Counted from the first letter of the stretch, positions 45,552 to 58,300 are shown. The stretch is DNA of 64,000 bases from Rhodospirillaceae bacterium (GCA_947474495.1 CANJIM010000003.1:8826-72825), one strand, 5' to 3'. Notes: generated by a model from the letters alone, not told the origin. Made by a program: numbers and translations.

Positions 45552-47003
45552 ATGACCAGCTTCCAGTTCAGCCAATTTCTTCCAGCATTGCCGGAAGCTT
45601 TCCTCGCCGTCGCGGCGATGATCGTGCTCATGTTCGGCGTGTTCAAGGGCGACAGCCACAGCCGCGCCGCCGGCTGGCTCGCCGTCTTCGCGCTGGCCAT
45701 CACAGCGGCCCTGGTGCTCGGCTCGCCGGTCAAGACGACGACGGTCGCGCTCAACGGGCTCTTCGTGCTCGACAGCTTCGCGCGCTTCGCCAAGGTCCTC
45801 GTCATCCTCGGCTCGGCATTAGCGTTGATCATCTCGCTCGGTTACCTCGAGCGCGAGAAGTTCGCGCGGCCGGAATATTCCGTGCTGTTCCTGCTCGCCA
45901 CGCTCGGCATGTTGATGATGCTGTCGGCCAACGACCTTATCTCGCTCTATGTCGGCCTCGAGCTGCAGAGCCTGGCGCTCTATGTGACGGCCGCCATTCG
46001 CCGCGATTCGCTGCGGGCGACGGAAGCCGGCCTTAAGTATTTCATCCTCGGCGCGCTGTCGTCCGGCATGCTGCTTTACGGCGCCTCGATGATCTACGGC
46101 TTCGCCGGCACCACCAGCTTCGTCGGCTTGGCCAAGGCTTTTGCCAGCGGCGAGGCCTCGATCGGCGTCATCATCGGACTGGCCTTCGTCGTCGCCGGCT
46201 TGGCGTTCAAGATTTCCGCCGTGCCGTTCCACATGTGGACGCCGGACGTCTATGAAGGCGCGCCGACCTCGGTCACCGCCTTCTTCGCGACCGCGCCCAA
46301 GGTCGCCGCCATGGGGCTGCTGGTCCGCGTGCTCATGGGGCCGTTCGCCGAACTGGCCGGCCAGTGGCAGCAGATCGTTGTTTTCCTCTCGGTCGCTTCC
46401 ATGCTGCTCGGCGCCTTCGCGGCCATCAACCAGACCAACATCAAGCGCCTGATGGCCTACAGCTCGATCGGCCATGTCGGCTACATGCTGGTCGGTCTGG
46501 CCTCGGCCAACGAGTCGGGCATCCGCGGCGTCGCCGTCTATCTGGCGATCTATCTGCTCGCCAATATCGGCACCTTCGCCGTCATTCTCTGCATGCGCGT
46601 GCGCGGCACGATGGTCGAGAACATCTCGGACCTGCGCGGGCTGTCCAAGACCAGCCCGATGCTGGCCTTGGCGCTCGGCATCTTCATGTTCTCTATGGCA
46701 GGCATTCCGCCGCTCGCCGGCTTCTTCGCCAAGCTTTACGTGTTCATGGCCGCCATCGAGGCGAAGCTCTACATTCTGGCCGTCATCGGCGTTCTCTCCA
46801 GCGTGGTGTCGGCCTTCTACTACCTGCGCATCGTCAAGTTGATGTATTTCGACGAGGCGGCCGATCCGTTCGACAAGGCGATCGGTGGCGAGATGCGCTG
46901 GGTGCTCGCCGGCACCAGCGCCTTCACGCTGCTGTTTTTCGTCTGGCCGGCGCCGCTGGTGACGGGCGCGAGCTGGGCCGCCAAGGCCCTGTTCCCGGGA
47001 TAA
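45552..47003 (+). CDS. nuoN: NADH-quinone oxidoreductase subunit N
   Basis: [29 protein letters not shown]. Confidence 0.97.
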   Translation: MTSFQFSQFLPALPEAFLAVAAMIVLMFGVFKGDSHSRAAGWLAVFALAITAALVLGSPVKTTTVALNGLFVLDSFARFAKVLVILGSALALIISLGYLEREKFARPEYSVLFLLATLGMLMMLSANDLISLYVGLELQSLALYVTAAIRRDSLRATEAGLKYFILGALSSGMLLYGASMIYGFAGTTSFVGLAKAFASGEASIGVIIGLAFVVAGLAFKISAVPFHMWTPDVYEGAPTSVTAFFATAPKVAAMGLLVRVLMGPFAELAGQWQQIVVFLSVASMLLGAFAAINQTNIKRLMAYSSIGHVGYMLVGLASANESGIRGVAVYLAIYLLANIGTFAVILCMRVRGTMVENISDLRGLSKTSPMLALALGIFMFSMAGIPPLAGFFAKLYVFMAAIEAKLYILAVIGVLSSVVSAFYYLRIVKLMYFDEAADPFDKAIGGEMRWVLAGTSAFTLLFFVWPAPLVTGASWAAKALFPG

Positions 47004-47004
47004 C

Positions 47005-47790
47005 GTGACCGGCTCCCCGGCGCTCGATCCGTTCTATCGGCTCGTTCGCCTCGACGAGACCGCCAGCACGAACGACGACGCGCGTCGCTTGGCCGGCGAG
47101 GGGGCGACGGAAGGCACGCTCGTCTGGGCCGACCGCCAGACCGCCGGGCGCGGTCGCCGTGGTCGCCGCTGGGAAAGTCCTGCCGGTAATCTCTATATGT
47201 CAGTGCTGTTGCGTCCTGAGGGGCCGCTGGCGCGGGCCGGCCAAGTCGGCTTCCTCGCCGCCTTGGCGATTGCCGAGACCCTCGCATCTCTGTTGCCCAA
47301 TCGCCGTGTCGCCTGCAAATGGCCGAACGATGTGCTGATCGCCGATGAAACTGGAGGGTACCGCAAGGTCGCGGGGCTATTGCTCGAAAGCGAAGCGCGG
47401 GCTGATGGCACAGCCGAGTGGCTCGTCGTCGGCCTCGGAGTCAATGTGGCGAGCCATCCCGAGGGTGTCGAGTTCCCGGCGACCTCGCTGACGGCTGAAG
47501 ACACTTCTGCTGACGTGGCGGAGGTGTTGAGCGGCGTCACGGCGCACTTCTGCGCTTGGTATCGCCGCTGGCAGGCCGAGGGCTTCGCCCCGGTGCGTCA
47601 GGCCTGGCTGGCGCGCGCCGCCGGCGTTGGCGGCCCGGTGCGCGTGCGCTTCGAGACCCATACGGAAGAAGGCGTTTTCGCCGGACTTGACGGCGAGGGG
47701 GCTCTGCTTCTCCATAAGCCCGGCGCGGCGGCGCCTCTGCGCGTCACCGCCGGAGACCTGTTCTTTCCCGCCGTGACGGAGAAAGCCTGA
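47005..47790 (+). CDS. birA: Biotin--[acetyl-CoA carboxylase] ligase
   Basis: STND, QTAGRGRRGRRW, KWPND, KVAGLL; no HTH domain. Confidence 0.94.
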   Translation: MTGSPALDPFYRLVRLDETASTNDDARRLAGEGATEGTLVWADRQTAGRGRRGRRWESPAGNLYMSVLLRPEGPLARAGQVGFLAALAIAETLASLLPNRRVACKWPNDVLIADETGGYRKVAGLLLESEARADGTAEWLVVGLGVNVASHPEGVEFPATSLTAEDTSADVAEVLSGVTAHFCAWYRRWQAEGFAPVRQAWLARAAGVGGPVRVRFETHTEEGVFAGLDGEGALLLHKPGAAAPLRVTAGDLFFPAVTEKA

Positions 47791-47792
47791 TC

Positions 47793-48566
47793 ATGTTGCT
47801 CACTATCGACTGCGGCAACACCAACACCGTCTTCGCCGTCTATGACGGCGACGTGCCACGCGGCGAATGGCGCATCGCCAGCGATGCCCGCCGCACGGCG
47901 GACGAATATGCCGTCTGGCTCGTGCAACTCATGAGCATGCAGGACCTGCGCCGCGAATATATCGACAGCGCGGTCATCGCCACCGTGGTTCCCGGCGCGC
48001 TGTTCGCATTGAAAACGCTGTGCCGACGTTTCTTCGAAGCCGACCCTCTCGTAATCGGCGAGCCCAACGTGAAACTCGGCATCAAGGTTCTGCTCGACAA
48101 CCCGCAGGAGGTCGGCGCCGACCGCTTGGTCAATGCGGTTGCCGCACACGCGCGCTATCCTGGCGATCTGATTCTGATCGATTTCGGAACCGCGACAACC
48201 TTCGACGTGGTCAACGCCAAGGGCGATTACGTCGGCGGTGCCATCGCGCCCGGCATCAATTTGTCGATCGAGGCGCTGCACATGGCAGCGGCACAATTGC
48301 CGCGCATCGGAGTCAAGCGTCCGGACAAGGTGATCGGTAAATCGACGGTGCCGGCCATGCAGTCCGGTGTCTATTGGGGCTATGTCGGCCTCATTGAAGG
48401 GCTGGTGTCGCGCATGACGGCCGAGATCGGCGCGAAGCCCACGGTCATTGCCACCGGCGGCCTCGCGCCGTTGTTCATGGACGCCACGCCTATTATCAAT
48501 CACCTCGACGCCGATCTGACCGTGCGCGGTTTGGTCGCCATTTGGCGAAAGAACAAACCGAAATGA
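47793..48566 (+). CDS. coaX: Type III pantothenate kinase
   Basis: IDCGNT, GADR, DFGTATT, ATGG. Confidence 0.94.
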   Translation: MLLTIDCGNTNTVFAVYDGDVPRGEWRIASDARRTADEYAVWLVQLMSMQDLRREYIDSAVIATVVPGALFALKTLCRRFFEADPLVIGEPNVKLGIKVLLDNPQEVGADRLVNAVAAHARYPGDLILIDFGTATTFDVVNAKGDYVGGAIAPGINLSIEALHMAAAQLPRIGVKRPDKVIGKSTVPAMQSGVYWGYVGLIEGLVSRMTAEIGAKPTVIATGGLAPLFMDATPIINHLDADLTVRGLVAIWRKNKPK

Positions 48567-50293
48567 AGTCCGTCAGCGTACCCGCGTCCGGAACTCCCGC
48601 TGATATTTTGCGTCAGCGCGAGGAGATCGCCGCCGTTCTGGCGGCGGCCAAGGATGGCCTCGTCTACCTGCCGCTCGGCGGCGCCGGTGAGATCGGCATG
48701 AACATGTATCTCTACGGCTGCAACGGCAAATGGCTGATGATCGAATGCGGCATCGGCTTCGCCGACGAGAGCCTGCCGGGCCTCGACATCATCATGCCCA
48801 ATCCAGCCTTCATCGCCGACAATGCGAAGGACCTCATCGCCATCGTTCTAACGCATGCCCATGAGGACCATCTGGGTTCGGTGGCGCATCTGTGGCGCAA
48901 GTTTCGCAAGCCGATCTATGCCACGCCCTTCGCCGCCGGCCTGCTGCGCGAGAAGCTCGGCGAGGCGGGCCTGCGCGACGAGGCGGAAGTTACCGAAGTT
49001 GCGACCGGCGACCGCATCAAGCTCGGCCCGTTCGATGTCGAGTTCGTCGCGGTTACCCATTCGATTCCCGAGCCGCAGGCGCTCGCCATCCGCACGCCGC
49101 ATGGCACGATCCTGCACACCGGCGACTGGAAGATCGATCCGCAGCCGCTGCTCGGTGACGTGACCGCGCAGGACCGCCTGCAGGCCATCGGCGACGAGGG
49201 CGTCGACCTGCTGGTCTGCGATTCGACCAATGTCATGGTGCCGGGTGTCGCCGGCTCGGAAGCCGACGTGCGCGACAAGCTGGTCGAGGTGATCGGCCGC
49301 TACAAGCACCGCGTCGCCGTCGCCTGTTTCGCCTCCAACGTGGCGCGCGTCGAATCCCTGGCCAAGGCGGCGCTCGCCAACGGCCGCCGTGCGGCGTTGA
49401 TCGGCCGTTCGCTGTGGCGTATGACCGAAGTCGCCTACAACTGCGGTTATCTGCGCGACCTGCCGCCGTTCCTTACCGAGCATGACGTCGGCTATTTGCC
49501 GCGCAACGAAGTGCTGCTGATCTGCACCGGCAGCCAGGGCGAGCAGGGCGCGGCGATGACGCGCATCGCCGCCAACGAGCATCCGCATATCGTGCTCGAT
49601 ACCGGCGACGTGGTGCTGTTCTCCTCTCGCAAGATTCCCGGCAACGAGAAGCCGATCTACAAGACGCACAACCAGCTCGCCAAACGCGGCGTCGAGATCG
49701 TCACGGACCGCGACGAGTTCATCCATGTCTCGGGCCATCCGGCGCGCGATGAATTGAAGAAGATGTACGGCTGGATCCGTCCCAAGCTCGCCGTGCCGAT
49801 GCATGGCGAGATGCGCCATCTGATCGAGCATGTCGCCTTCGCCGGCCTCATGGGCGTGCCCAATGCCAAGCTGGTGACCGATGGCCAAGCCCTGCGCGTC
49901 GCGCCGGGCCCGGCGGAGATCATCGGCGGCGTGCCCTTCGGGCGCCTCGGCCTCGATGGCAAGCGCTTGATCGGCGTCGATGATCGTATTCTGTCGGCGC
50001 GTAAGCGCATGAATTTCAACGGCGCGGCGCTGGTCACCGTGGTGATCGACGGCAAGGGCCGCCTGAAGGCCGATCCGCAGATCACCGTACAAGGCTTGTC
50101 GGAGGATCCGCTCGACGAGACGGCGCGCCGCGCCATGATCGCCGGGGTCGAAGTCGCCATCGAGAAGCTATCGAAGAGCGACCGCGACGACGACGAGATG
50201 GTGGAGGAGGCGGTGCGCCTCGCCGTGCTGCGTGGCCTGCGGGCCGAGCATGGCAAGCGGCCGCTCACCCAAGTGCACGTTGTTCGCGTTTAA
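48563..50293 (+). CDS. rnj: Ribonuclease J
   Basis: PLGGAGEIGMN, THAHEDH, HSIPE, HTGDWK, HVSGH; start uncertain. Confidence 0.93.
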   Translation: MKSVSVPASGTPADILRQREEIAAVLAAAKDGLVYLPLGGAGEIGMNMYLYGCNGKWLMIECGIGFADESLPGLDIIMPNPAFIADNAKDLIAIVLTHAHEDHLGSVAHLWRKFRKPIYATPFAAGLLREKLGEAGLRDEAEVTEVATGDRIKLGPFDVEFVAVTHSIPEPQALAIRTPHGTILHTGDWKIDPQPLLGDVTAQDRLQAIGDEGVDLLVCDSTNVMVPGVAGSEADVRDKLVEVIGRYKHRVAVACFASNVARVESLAKAALANGRRAALIGRSLWRMTEVAYNCGYLRDLPPFLTEHDVGYLPRNEVLLICTGSQGEQGAAMTRIAANEHPHIVLDTGDVVLFSSRKIPGNEKPIYKTHNQLAKRGVEIVTDRDEFIHVSGHPARDELKKMYGWIRPKLAVPMHGEMRHLIEHVAFAGLMGVPNAKLVTDGQALRVAPGPAEIIGGVPFGRLGLDGKRLIGVDDRILSARKRMNFNGAALVTVVIDGKGRLKADPQITVQGLSEDPLDETARRAMIAGVEVAIEKLSKSDRDDDEMVEEAVRLAVLRGLRAEHGKRPLTQVHVVRV

Positions 50294-50317
50294 GCCGAAC
50301 GCGAGGAGGAGACTGCG

Positions 50318-50554
50318 ATGAGTTGGTACACCGGCGTCATGGTCTATGTCATCGTCTGGTGGCTGGTGTTTTTCACCGCCTTGCCGTTCGGCGCCCGCCC
50401 GCCCGAACAGGCCGAGCCCGGCCATGATGTCGGCGCACCGGAAAAGCCTCGCCTCTGGATGAAGGCCTTGATCTCCAGCTTGATCGCCGGCGTGCTTTTC
50501 GCCGTCATCTATTACGTTATCGACGCGGATTTGATCTCCTTCCGGAGTATGTAG
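50318..50554 (+). CDS. DUF1467-like small membrane protein
   Basis: YVIVWWLVFFTALPFG...GAP, two TM helices; usual position between rnj and proS. Confidence 0.82.
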   Translation: MSWYTGVMVYVIVWWLVFFTALPFGARPPEQAEPGHDVGAPEKPRLWMKALISSLIAGVLFAVIYYVIDADLISFRSM

Positions 50555-50557
50555 GCC

Positions 50558-51136
50558 ATGAGCGGCTATTGCGCCTACGCGCCGGGCGATCCCGTTCACG
50601 CCTCTTATCATGCCACCGAGTACGGCTTTCCGCAGCGCGACGACAAGGTGCTGTTTGAGCGGCTGATCCTCGAGATCAACCAGGCGGGCCTGTCATGGGG
50701 CACGATCCTCAAGAAGCGCGAGGGCTTCTTCAAAGCCTATCGCGGCTTCGATCCCGCCGTCGTCGCCAAGTTCAAGGACAAGGACGTGGCGCGCCTGCTG
50801 GCTGACGCCGGCATTATCCGCAATCGCTTGAAGGTCGCGGCGGCCATCGAGAACGCCAAGCGCGTTCTGGCGCTCCGGAAAAGCCACGGCAGCTTCGCTG
50901 ACTGGATCGACGCGCATCATCCGCTGGAGAAAGCGGAGTGGGTGAAGCTGTTCAAGAAGACCTTCGTCTTCACCGGCGGCGAGATCACCGGCGAATTCCT
51001 CATGAGCCTCGGCTATTTGCCGAACGCCCATGCGCCCGATTGCCCGGTCCATAAGAAGCTCGTGAAGCTGTCGCCGCCGTGGCTCAAGGCCGCGAAAGCG
51101 GTCGAGCGCAAAATCACCGCGCGCGCAAAAAAATAA
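50558..51136 (+). CDS. tag: DNA-3-methyladenine glycosylase I
   Basis: YHATEYG, LFERLILEINQAGLSW, GIIRNRLK, HAPDC. Confidence 0.92.
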   Translation: MSGYCAYAPGDPVHASYHATEYGFPQRDDKVLFERLILEINQAGLSWGTILKKREGFFKAYRGFDPAVVAKFKDKDVARLLADAGIIRNRLKVAAAIENAKRVLALRKSHGSFADWIDAHHPLEKAEWVKLFKKTFVFTGGEITGEFLMSLGYLPNAHAPDCPVHKKLVKLSPPWLKAAKAVERKITARAKK

Positions 51137-51161
51137 ATCCCGCCGGCCGTCGGCGGGATTT
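51136..51161 (+). terminator. Probable terminator hairpin
   Basis: AAATCCCGCCG-GCCGT-CGGCGGGATTT right after the tag stop. Confidence 0.6.
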
Positions 51162-51413
51162 GGGCAGGTTGTCCCTGATGATGGGGTGCCTCGCCACGGG
51201 ATCATATCGCTGCGCGCGATCGCGGGTCGGGCTGCGGCGGCTGCGCGAGAACCCGCGCCGTCACTTTGTTTTTTGCCAGTCTAACGGGCCCGTCCGGCCG
51301 GGCAATGGCACCTTCGGCATAGCACACCTGCATAGGATTTTTGCCCTACGGCTTTGCTGGTGTAGCAGCCGCTTCTTGTCCGAATTTTAACCTTTCTAAG
51401 GTAAATCCGGCAG

Positions 51414-51896
51414 ATGGCTCGCTTCAAACGCTCACAGCCCCGGCTTCTGCCCTCGGTCTGCCTTTTGGCGGCTCTGGGCACGCTTTGGAGTGCCCTGGAA
51501 GCCATTCCCGGGGTCGCCCAGACATCCAGTTCGGGTCAAAACACAGTCGTTCTTAAGCGGTCAGACTGCACCCGCCTGACCGCCCATGTGCCGTCGGCGG
51601 ACGCCACTTACAAGCCGGGGGTGGATGTCCACGGGCGCGCCGTCGCCCCGGCCGACCTAGCCGGCACGCCGCAGATCGTCATGCCGGAAGACATTACGAT
51701 CAATATCACCGTGGAACTGCAGCAGCGCTTCGGCATCCCGGTTACTTCGAACCTTTACAAGCCAGAAGCCAGCATCGGCAGCGTCGTTGTGAAGCCCGAC
51801 GGCAGCGCGACCTTCAACGGCCAGCCGCTGACCAACCAGGAACAGAGCGCGCTGGCCTATCTCTGCCAGCGCCAGGGCCCCTTGGGGCCACGTTAA
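51414..51896 (+). CDS. Hypothetical exported protein
   Basis: Signal-like N-terminus; DCTRL.AHVPSADATYKPGVDVHGRAVAPADL and a C-terminal Cys. Confidence 0.72.
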   Translation: MARFKRSQPRLLPSVCLLAALGTLWSALEAIPGVAQTSSSGQNTVVLKRSDCTRLTAHVPSADATYKPGVDVHGRAVAPADLAGTPQIVMPEDITINITVELQQRFGIPVTSNLYKPEASIGSVVVKPDGSATFNGQPLTNQEQSALAYLCQRQGPLGPR

Positions 51897-52015
51897 GCGC
51901 AGCTCTCGGCCGGTCGTCCGGCGCAGCCTCGCGCATTGCGCCAACCCCTTGCATTGCCTAAAGTCTCGCCCGCGCGCCGTCCGGCGCGCTTTTGTCAGTT
52001 TTGACCGGGATTGCG

Positions 52016-53326
52016 ATGCGTCTCTCGACCTACTTCCTGCCGACCCTCAAGGAAAACCCGACCGAGGCGCAGATCGTCTCGCACCGCCTGATGCTGCGCG
52101 CCGGCATGATTCGCCAGAGCGCCGCCGGCATTTATTCCTGGCTGCCGATGGGCCTCAAGGTGCTGCGCAATGTCGAGCAGATCGTGCGCGAGGAGCAGGA
52201 CCGCGCTGGGGCGCAGGAACTGCTGATGGCGACCTTGCAGCCGGCCGAGCTGTGGCGCGAGTCGGGCCGTTTCGACGCCTACGGCAAGGAGATGCTGCGC
52301 ATCACCGACCGTCACGACCGCGAGATGCTCTATGGCCCGACCAACGAGGAGATGATCACCGACATCTTCCGCAACCTGGTCAAGAGCTACAAGGATCTGC
52401 CCAAGCAGCTCTATCAGATCCAGTGGAAATTCCGCGACGAGGTCCGACCGCGCTTCGGCGTCATGCGCGGCCGCGAGTTCCTGATGAAGGACAATTACTC
52501 CTTTCACGCCGACTTCGAGGACGCGAAGAAGGTCTACGACACGATGTATGCGACCTACTTGCGCACCTTCGCACGCATGGGCCTTCGCGCCATTCCGGTC
52601 GCCGCCGACCCCGGCGCCATCGGCGGCAACCTGAGCCATGAATTCCAGGTTCTCGCCGAGACCGGCGAGAGCGAGATCTATTACGACGCCAAGTTCGACG
52701 AGCTGTCGGCGAACGGGCAGCAGCCTGATCCGGTCGCGCTGCGCGAGCTCTATGCCGCGGCGGACGAGAAGCATGACGCGGCCAATTGCCCGGTGCCCGC
52801 CGACCGCCTGAAGTCGGCGCGCGGCATCGAGGTCGGCCACATCTTTTATCTCGGCAAGAAATATTCCGAGGCGCTGAACGCCGTGGTCGCCGGTCCGAAC
52901 GGCGAGCAGATCACCGTCGAGATGGGCTGTTACGGCATCGGCGTGTCGCGCCTGGTCGGCGCGATCATCGAAGCGAGCCATGACGACAACGGCATCATCT
53001 GGCCCGAGCCGGTGGCGCCCTTTCACGTCGGCCTGGTCAATTTACGGGTCGGCGACGCCGCCTGCGACAAAGCGTGCGACGACCTCTACGCCAAGCTACA
53101 GACCGCCGGCGTCGAGCCGCTCTATGACGACCGCGACGAGCGTGCCGGCGCCAAGTTCGCCCGCATGGATTTGATCGGCCTGCCCTGGCAGCTGCTGATC
53201 GGCCCGCGCGGCCTGGAGAAAGGCCTGGCGGAAGTGAAGAACCGCAAGACCGGCGAGCGCGTCGAAATTTCGATCGAGGCGGCGTTCGACAAGATCGTCT
53301 CCTCCTACCAGGCGCGGCACCGCTGA
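52016..53326 (+). CDS. proS: Proline--tRNA ligase (short alphaproteobacterial type)
   Basis: [42 protein letters not shown]. Confidence 0.97.
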   Translation: MRLSTYFLPTLKENPTEAQIVSHRLMLRAGMIRQSAAGIYSWLPMGLKVLRNVEQIVREEQDRAGAQELLMATLQPAELWRESGRFDAYGKEMLRITDRHDREMLYGPTNEEMITDIFRNLVKSYKDLPKQLYQIQWKFRDEVRPRFGVMRGREFLMKDNYSFHADFEDAKKVYDTMYATYLRTFARMGLRAIPVAADPGAIGGNLSHEFQVLAETGESEIYYDAKFDELSANGQQPDPVALRELYAAADEKHDAANCPVPADRLKSARGIEVGHIFYLGKKYSEALNAVVAGPNGEQITVEMGCYGIGVSRLVGAIIEASHDDNGIIWPEPVAPFHVGLVNLRVGDAACDKACDDLYAKLQTAGVEPLYDDRDERAGAKFARMDLIGLPWQLLIGPRGLEKGLAEVKNRKTGERVEISIEAAFDKIVSSYQARHR

Positions 53327-54570
53327 TGTTCAATCCCTTCGAACGCATGGTGGCGATGCGCTACCTGCGGGCGCGCCGCCGCGAGGGGTTCATCTCGGTG
53401 ATCGCCGGCTTCTCGCTGCTCGGCATCGGCCTCGGCGTCGCCACGCTCATCATTGTCATGTCGGTGATGAACGGCTTTCGCCAGGAACTGCTCGGCCGCA
53501 TTCTCGGCGTCGGCGGCCATGTGAACGTCTATGGTGCGGGTGCGCCGCTGCAGCGCTTCGACGACATGGCCGAACGCATCCGCAAATTGACCGGTGTCGT
53601 CAGCGTCATTCCCGTGGTCGACGGCCAGGTGATGGCGACCGCCAACAGCCAGGCCTCCGGCGCCGTGGTGCGGGGCGTGCGCGAAGAAGATATCCGCAGC
53701 CGCGCCGTCATCGCCAACAATATCAAAATGGGTTCGCTCGATGCCTTCGTGGGCGACGACGCCATCCTGATCGGCGTGCGGATGGCGCAGCGCATGGGCC
53801 TGGTGGTCGGCGACAGCCTGACGCTGATCTCGCCCAAGGGGAATGTGACGGCCTTCGGCACGGTGCCGCGCCTGCGCGCCTACAAGATTGTCGGCGTCTT
53901 CGAAGTTGGCATGTTCGAGTACGATAACAGCTTCATCTATATGCCGATGGAAGCGGCGCAGACCTTCTTTCAGCTGACCGAGGCGGTCAGCATGTTGGAA
54001 GTGACGCTGACCGACCCCTACCTTGTGCGCAGCCTGCGGCCGCAAATCCTGCAGGTCGTCGGCCAGTCAGGCCGGCTGCTCGATTGGCAGCAGCTCAATT
54101 CCAGCTTCTTCACGGCGATCCAGGTCGAGCGCAACGTCATGTTCCTGATCCTGACGCTGATCATCCTCGTGGCGGCCTTCAATGTCATCAGCGGCATGAT
54201 CATGCTGGTGAAGGACAAGGGGCAGGACATCGCCATCCTGCGCACCATGGGCGCGACGCGCGGCATGATCATGCGCATCTTCTTTCTGTCGGGCGCCTCG
54301 GTCGGCGTCGTCGGCACGATCTTCGGTTTTATTCTCGGTCTCGCCTTCTGCCGCAACATCGAGAGCATCCGCCAGGGGATTCAATATCTGACCGGCACCG
54401 ATCTCTTCTCGGCGGAAATCTACTTCCTGTCGCAACTGCCCGCCGTGGTCGATCCGAATGAGGTGGCGACCGTCGTCATCATGTCGCTGACTCTGTCGAT
54501 TCTGGCGACGATCTATCCGTCCTGGCGCGCCGCGCGTCTCGATCCGGTCGAGGCGCTGCGTTATGAGTGA
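53326..54570 (+). CDS. lolE: Lipoprotein-releasing ABC transporter permease (LolC/E)
   Basis: [30 protein letters not shown]. Confidence 0.93.
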   Translation: MFNPFERMVAMRYLRARRREGFISVIAGFSLLGIGLGVATLIIVMSVMNGFRQELLGRILGVGGHVNVYGAGAPLQRFDDMAERIRKLTGVVSVIPVVDGQVMATANSQASGAVVRGVREEDIRSRAVIANNIKMGSLDAFVGDDAILIGVRMAQRMGLVVGDSLTLISPKGNVTAFGTVPRLRAYKIVGVFEVGMFEYDNSFIYMPMEAAQTFFQLTEAVSMLEVTLTDPYLVRSLRPQILQVVGQSGRLLDWQQLNSSFFTAIQVERNVMFLILTLIILVAAFNVISGMIMLVKDKGQDIAILRTMGATRGMIMRIFFLSGASVGVVGTIFGFILGLAFCRNIESIRQGIQYLTGTDLFSAEIYFLSQLPAVVDPNEVATVVIMSLTLSILATIYPSWRAARLDPVEALRYE

Positions 54571-55249
54571 CGTGAAGCCCGCCCTTCATCTGAATCGTCT
54601 CATTCGCACCTACGAGCAGGGTGCGGTGAAGTTGCACATCCTGCGCGAAGCCGACCTGGCGATTGCACCTGGCGAGGTCGTGGCCCTGATCGGCCCGAGC
54701 GGCGCCGGCAAGTCGACGCTGCTGCATATCGCCGGCCTGCTCGAAAAGCCCGATGGCGGCGACGTCGAACTGAACGGCGTGGCCTGCAGCGGCCTCAACG
54801 ATTCCGAGCGCACGGCGCTGCGCCGGGAGCATCTCGGCTTCGTTTATCAGTCGCATCATCTGCTGCCGGAATTCTCGGCGCGCGAGAACGTCATGCTGCC
54901 GCAGATGATCGCCGGCATCGCCAAGAGCAAGGCGAGCAAACATGCCGGCGACTTGCTCGACATGGTGGGATTGGGGCCGCGCGCCGATCATCGTCCGGCG
55001 GAAATGTCGGGCGGCGAGCAGCAGCGCGTCGCCATCGCCCGCGCCCTCGCCAACGGGCCGCGCGTGCTGCTGGCCGACGAGCCGACCGGCAATTTGGACG
55101 TCAACACCTCGGAAAACGTCTTCGCCACGCTGATGAAGGTGTTGCGCGAGACGGGCAGGGCGGCGCTGATCGCCACCCATAATCCGGAGCTGGCCAAGCG
55201 CATGGACCGCATCGTCACGCTGCGCGACGGTCAAATCGTTCCGGCATAA
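54563..55249 (+). CDS. lolD: Lipoprotein-releasing ABC transporter ATPase
   Basis: [26 protein letters not shown]. Confidence 0.93.
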   Translation: MSDVKPALHLNRLIRTYEQGAVKLHILREADLAIAPGEVVALIGPSGAGKSTLLHIAGLLEKPDGGDVELNGVACSGLNDSERTALRREHLGFVYQSHHLLPEFSARENVMLPQMIAGIAKSKASKHAGDLLDMVGLGPRADHRPAEMSGGEQQRVAIARALANGPRVLLADEPTGNLDVNTSENVFATLMKVLRETGRAALIATHNPELAKRMDRIVTLRDGQIVPA

Positions 55250-55350
55250 CCGTCGGGTTTGCACAATAGGGGTGGATAACCCCGGATTCCCTCACCAGAC
55301 ATATTGCGATTTAGTTGCGGGCCGGGGCCGTCCCGTGGAATCCTGCGCCT

Positions 55351-58300
55351 ATGCCGTCTTATGCCGATTTCGTTCATCTGCGCGTCCACACCGCCTATTC
55401 CCTGTTGGAAGGCGCGCTGAAGAACTACAAGCTCGCCGAGCTTTGCAAAAAATATGCGATGCCGGCGGTGGCGATGACCGACAGCCGCAACCTGTTCGGC
55501 GCCTATGAATTTTCCATGGCGATTGCCGATGTCGGTGTGCAGCCGATCATCGGCTGCGAACTGGCGATCAAGCGCGACGACGGCCAAGCCCCCGGCGCAG
55601 CGGCGCCTGTCGGGCGCACGCCCGATCCCGACAAGATGGTCGTGCTGGCGCAAACCCAAGCGGGCTATGCCAATCTCGTGAAGCTGCTCAGCCGCGCCTA
55701 TCTCGACGGCGTGCCGGGCGAAGCAGCGCAAGTGAGCCTCGCCGAATTGGCCGCGATGTCCGACGGCCTGATCGCCCTGGTCGGCGCGCCGGACAGCCCG
55801 GTCGGCCGCTTGTTGCTGACCGGCCAGGAAGATGCCGCGCGGGCACGGCTCGATCTTTTGCAAAAGGCCTTCGGCGATCGGCTCTATATAGAGCTGCAGC
55901 GCCACAACATGGACGACGAGCTACGGCTCGAGGCGAAGATCCTCGATCTCGCCTATGCGCGGAACATTCCGCTGGTCGCCACCAACAACGTGTTTTTCTC
56001 CGACGAGGGCATGTACGAGGCGCATGATGCGCTGCTCGCGATCGCCGACGGCGCGCAGGTGGTCGAGATTAACCGCCGCCGCCTGACGCCCGACCATCGC
56101 TTCAAATCGCCGGCGGAAATGCGGGCCTTATTCGCTGATCTGCCGGAAGCGCTCGATAACACCCTGGTCATCGCTCAGCGCTGCGCCTTCATGGCGACCA
56201 ACCAGAAGCCGGTGCTGCCCGCCTTCCCATCGAGCGGCGGCCGCACCGAAGCGGAAGAATTGCACACCCAGGCCGCCCAAGGTTTGGAAGAGCGGCTCGC
56301 GGTGCATCTCTTCACGTCCGAGATGGACGAAGCGGCGCGCGAATTGGCGGCGCGGCCCTATCGCGAGCGTCTGGCCTTCGAGCTCAACGTTATCGAGACG
56401 ATGGGCTTTCCCGGCTACTTCCTGATCGTCTCCGACTTCATCAAATGGGCGAAGCAGCACGATATTCCGGTCGGCCCCGGTCGCGGTTCGGGCGCCGGCT
56501 CGGTGGTCGCCTGGGCGTTGACGATCACCGATCTGAATCCGCTGCAGTTCAATCTGCTGTTCGAGCGTTTCTTGAACCCCGAACGCATCAGCATGCCGGA
56601 CTTTGATATCGACTTCTGCCAGGACCGCCGCGACGAAGTGATTCGCTACGTCCAGGAGAAGTACGGCCGCGACCGCGTGGCGCAGATCATCACCTTCGGT
56701 AAGCTGCAGGCGCGCGCCGTGCTGCGCGATGTCGGCCGCGTGCTCGGCCTGCCGTACGGTCAGGTCGACCGCATCTGCAAGCTGGTGCCGAACAATCCGG
56801 CCAAGCCGGTCACCTTGACGCAAGCGATCGACGGCGAGCCGGCGTTGCAGCAGATGCGCGACGAAGACCCGACGGTCGCCAAGCTGATCGCCATGGCAAT
56901 CAAGCTCGAAGGGCTTTACCGCCATGCTTCGACCCATGCCGCCGGCGTGGTGATCGGTAATAAGCCGCTCGACGAGATCGTGCCGCTCTATCGCGATCCG
57001 CGTTCGGATATTCCGGCGACGCAGTTCTCGATGAAGTATGTCGAGCAGGCGAGCCTGGTGAAGTTCGACTTCCTCGGCCTGAAGACGCTGACCGTGCTGC
57101 AAAAGGCCGTCGAGTTGATCAGGGCGCGCGGCGATCAGATCGATCTGGCGACGCTGCCGCTCGATGACAAAAAGACTTTCGACATGCTGGCCAAGGCCGA
57201 TGTCACCGGCGTGTTCCAGCTGGAAAGCTCCGGCATGCGCGACGTGTTGCGCAAGCTGAAGCCCGATAGGTTCGAGGACATCATCGCTATCGTGGCGCTC
57301 TATCGTCCCGGTCCGATGGACAACATCCCGAAATACATCGCCTGCAAGCACGGCCGCGAGCAACCGGATTACCTCTATCCGTCGCTCGAAGGCATTTTGA
57401 AAGAGACCTTCGGCGTCATCATCTACCAGGAGCAGGTGATGCAGATCGCACAGGAGCTGTCGGGCTATTCGCTCGGCGGCGCCGATCTGCTACGCCGGGC
57501 CATGGGTAAGAAAGACGCGGGGATCATGGCGCAGCAGCGCCAGGAGTTCACCAAGGGCGCGGTGGCGCGCGGCGTTGCCGAAAAGCAGGCCGGCCAGATC
57601 TACGATCAGGTCGATAAGTTCGCCGGTTACGGTTTCAACAAATCGCACGCGGCAGCCTATGCGCTGGTGTCCTACCAGACGGCCTATCTCAAAGCGAACT
57701 ATCCGGTCGAATTCCTTGCCGCGTCGATGACGCTCGATCTCGGCAACACCGACAAGCTCAACACCTTCCGCCAGGAGTTGAGCCGGATCGGCGTGAAGCT
57801 GCTGCCGCCCGACATCAACAAGTCTTTCCCGGTGTTCGCTGTGGAAGAACAGGCGGACGGCAGCAAGGCGATCCGCTACGCGCTCGGCGCGGTGCGCAAC
57901 GTCGGCTTGGCAGCGATGGAATCGGTGGTGCGCGAGCGCGCGGCGAACGGGCCGTTCAAGGATCTGTTCGACTTCGCCGGCCGTTGCGATCCGAAAGCCG
58001 TGAACAAGCGCCTGCTCGAAAGCCTGTCGGCCGCCGGTGCCTTCGACTCGCTGCACAAGAACCGCGCCCAGTCCCACGCCGGCGTCGAGGCGATGGTTGC
58101 CCACGCGCAGGCCTCGGCCAACGAGCGCACCAGCGCGCAGGTCAGCCTGTTCGGTGGCGACCCGACCTTGGCCCCGACCGCGAAAGCGCTGCCGCAAATC
58201 ACCGATTGGCCGGCGATGGAGCGCCTTCGCTATGAGTTCGACGCCATCGGCTTCTATCTCTCGGCCCATCCGCTCGACGCCTATGCCAAGAGCCTGCAGC

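Noticed and set aside
51385-51406. CtrA-like site upstream of the exported protein at 51414
   Set aside because: Only a TTAACC half-site in an imperfect palindrome; spacing does not give TTAA-N7-TTAA
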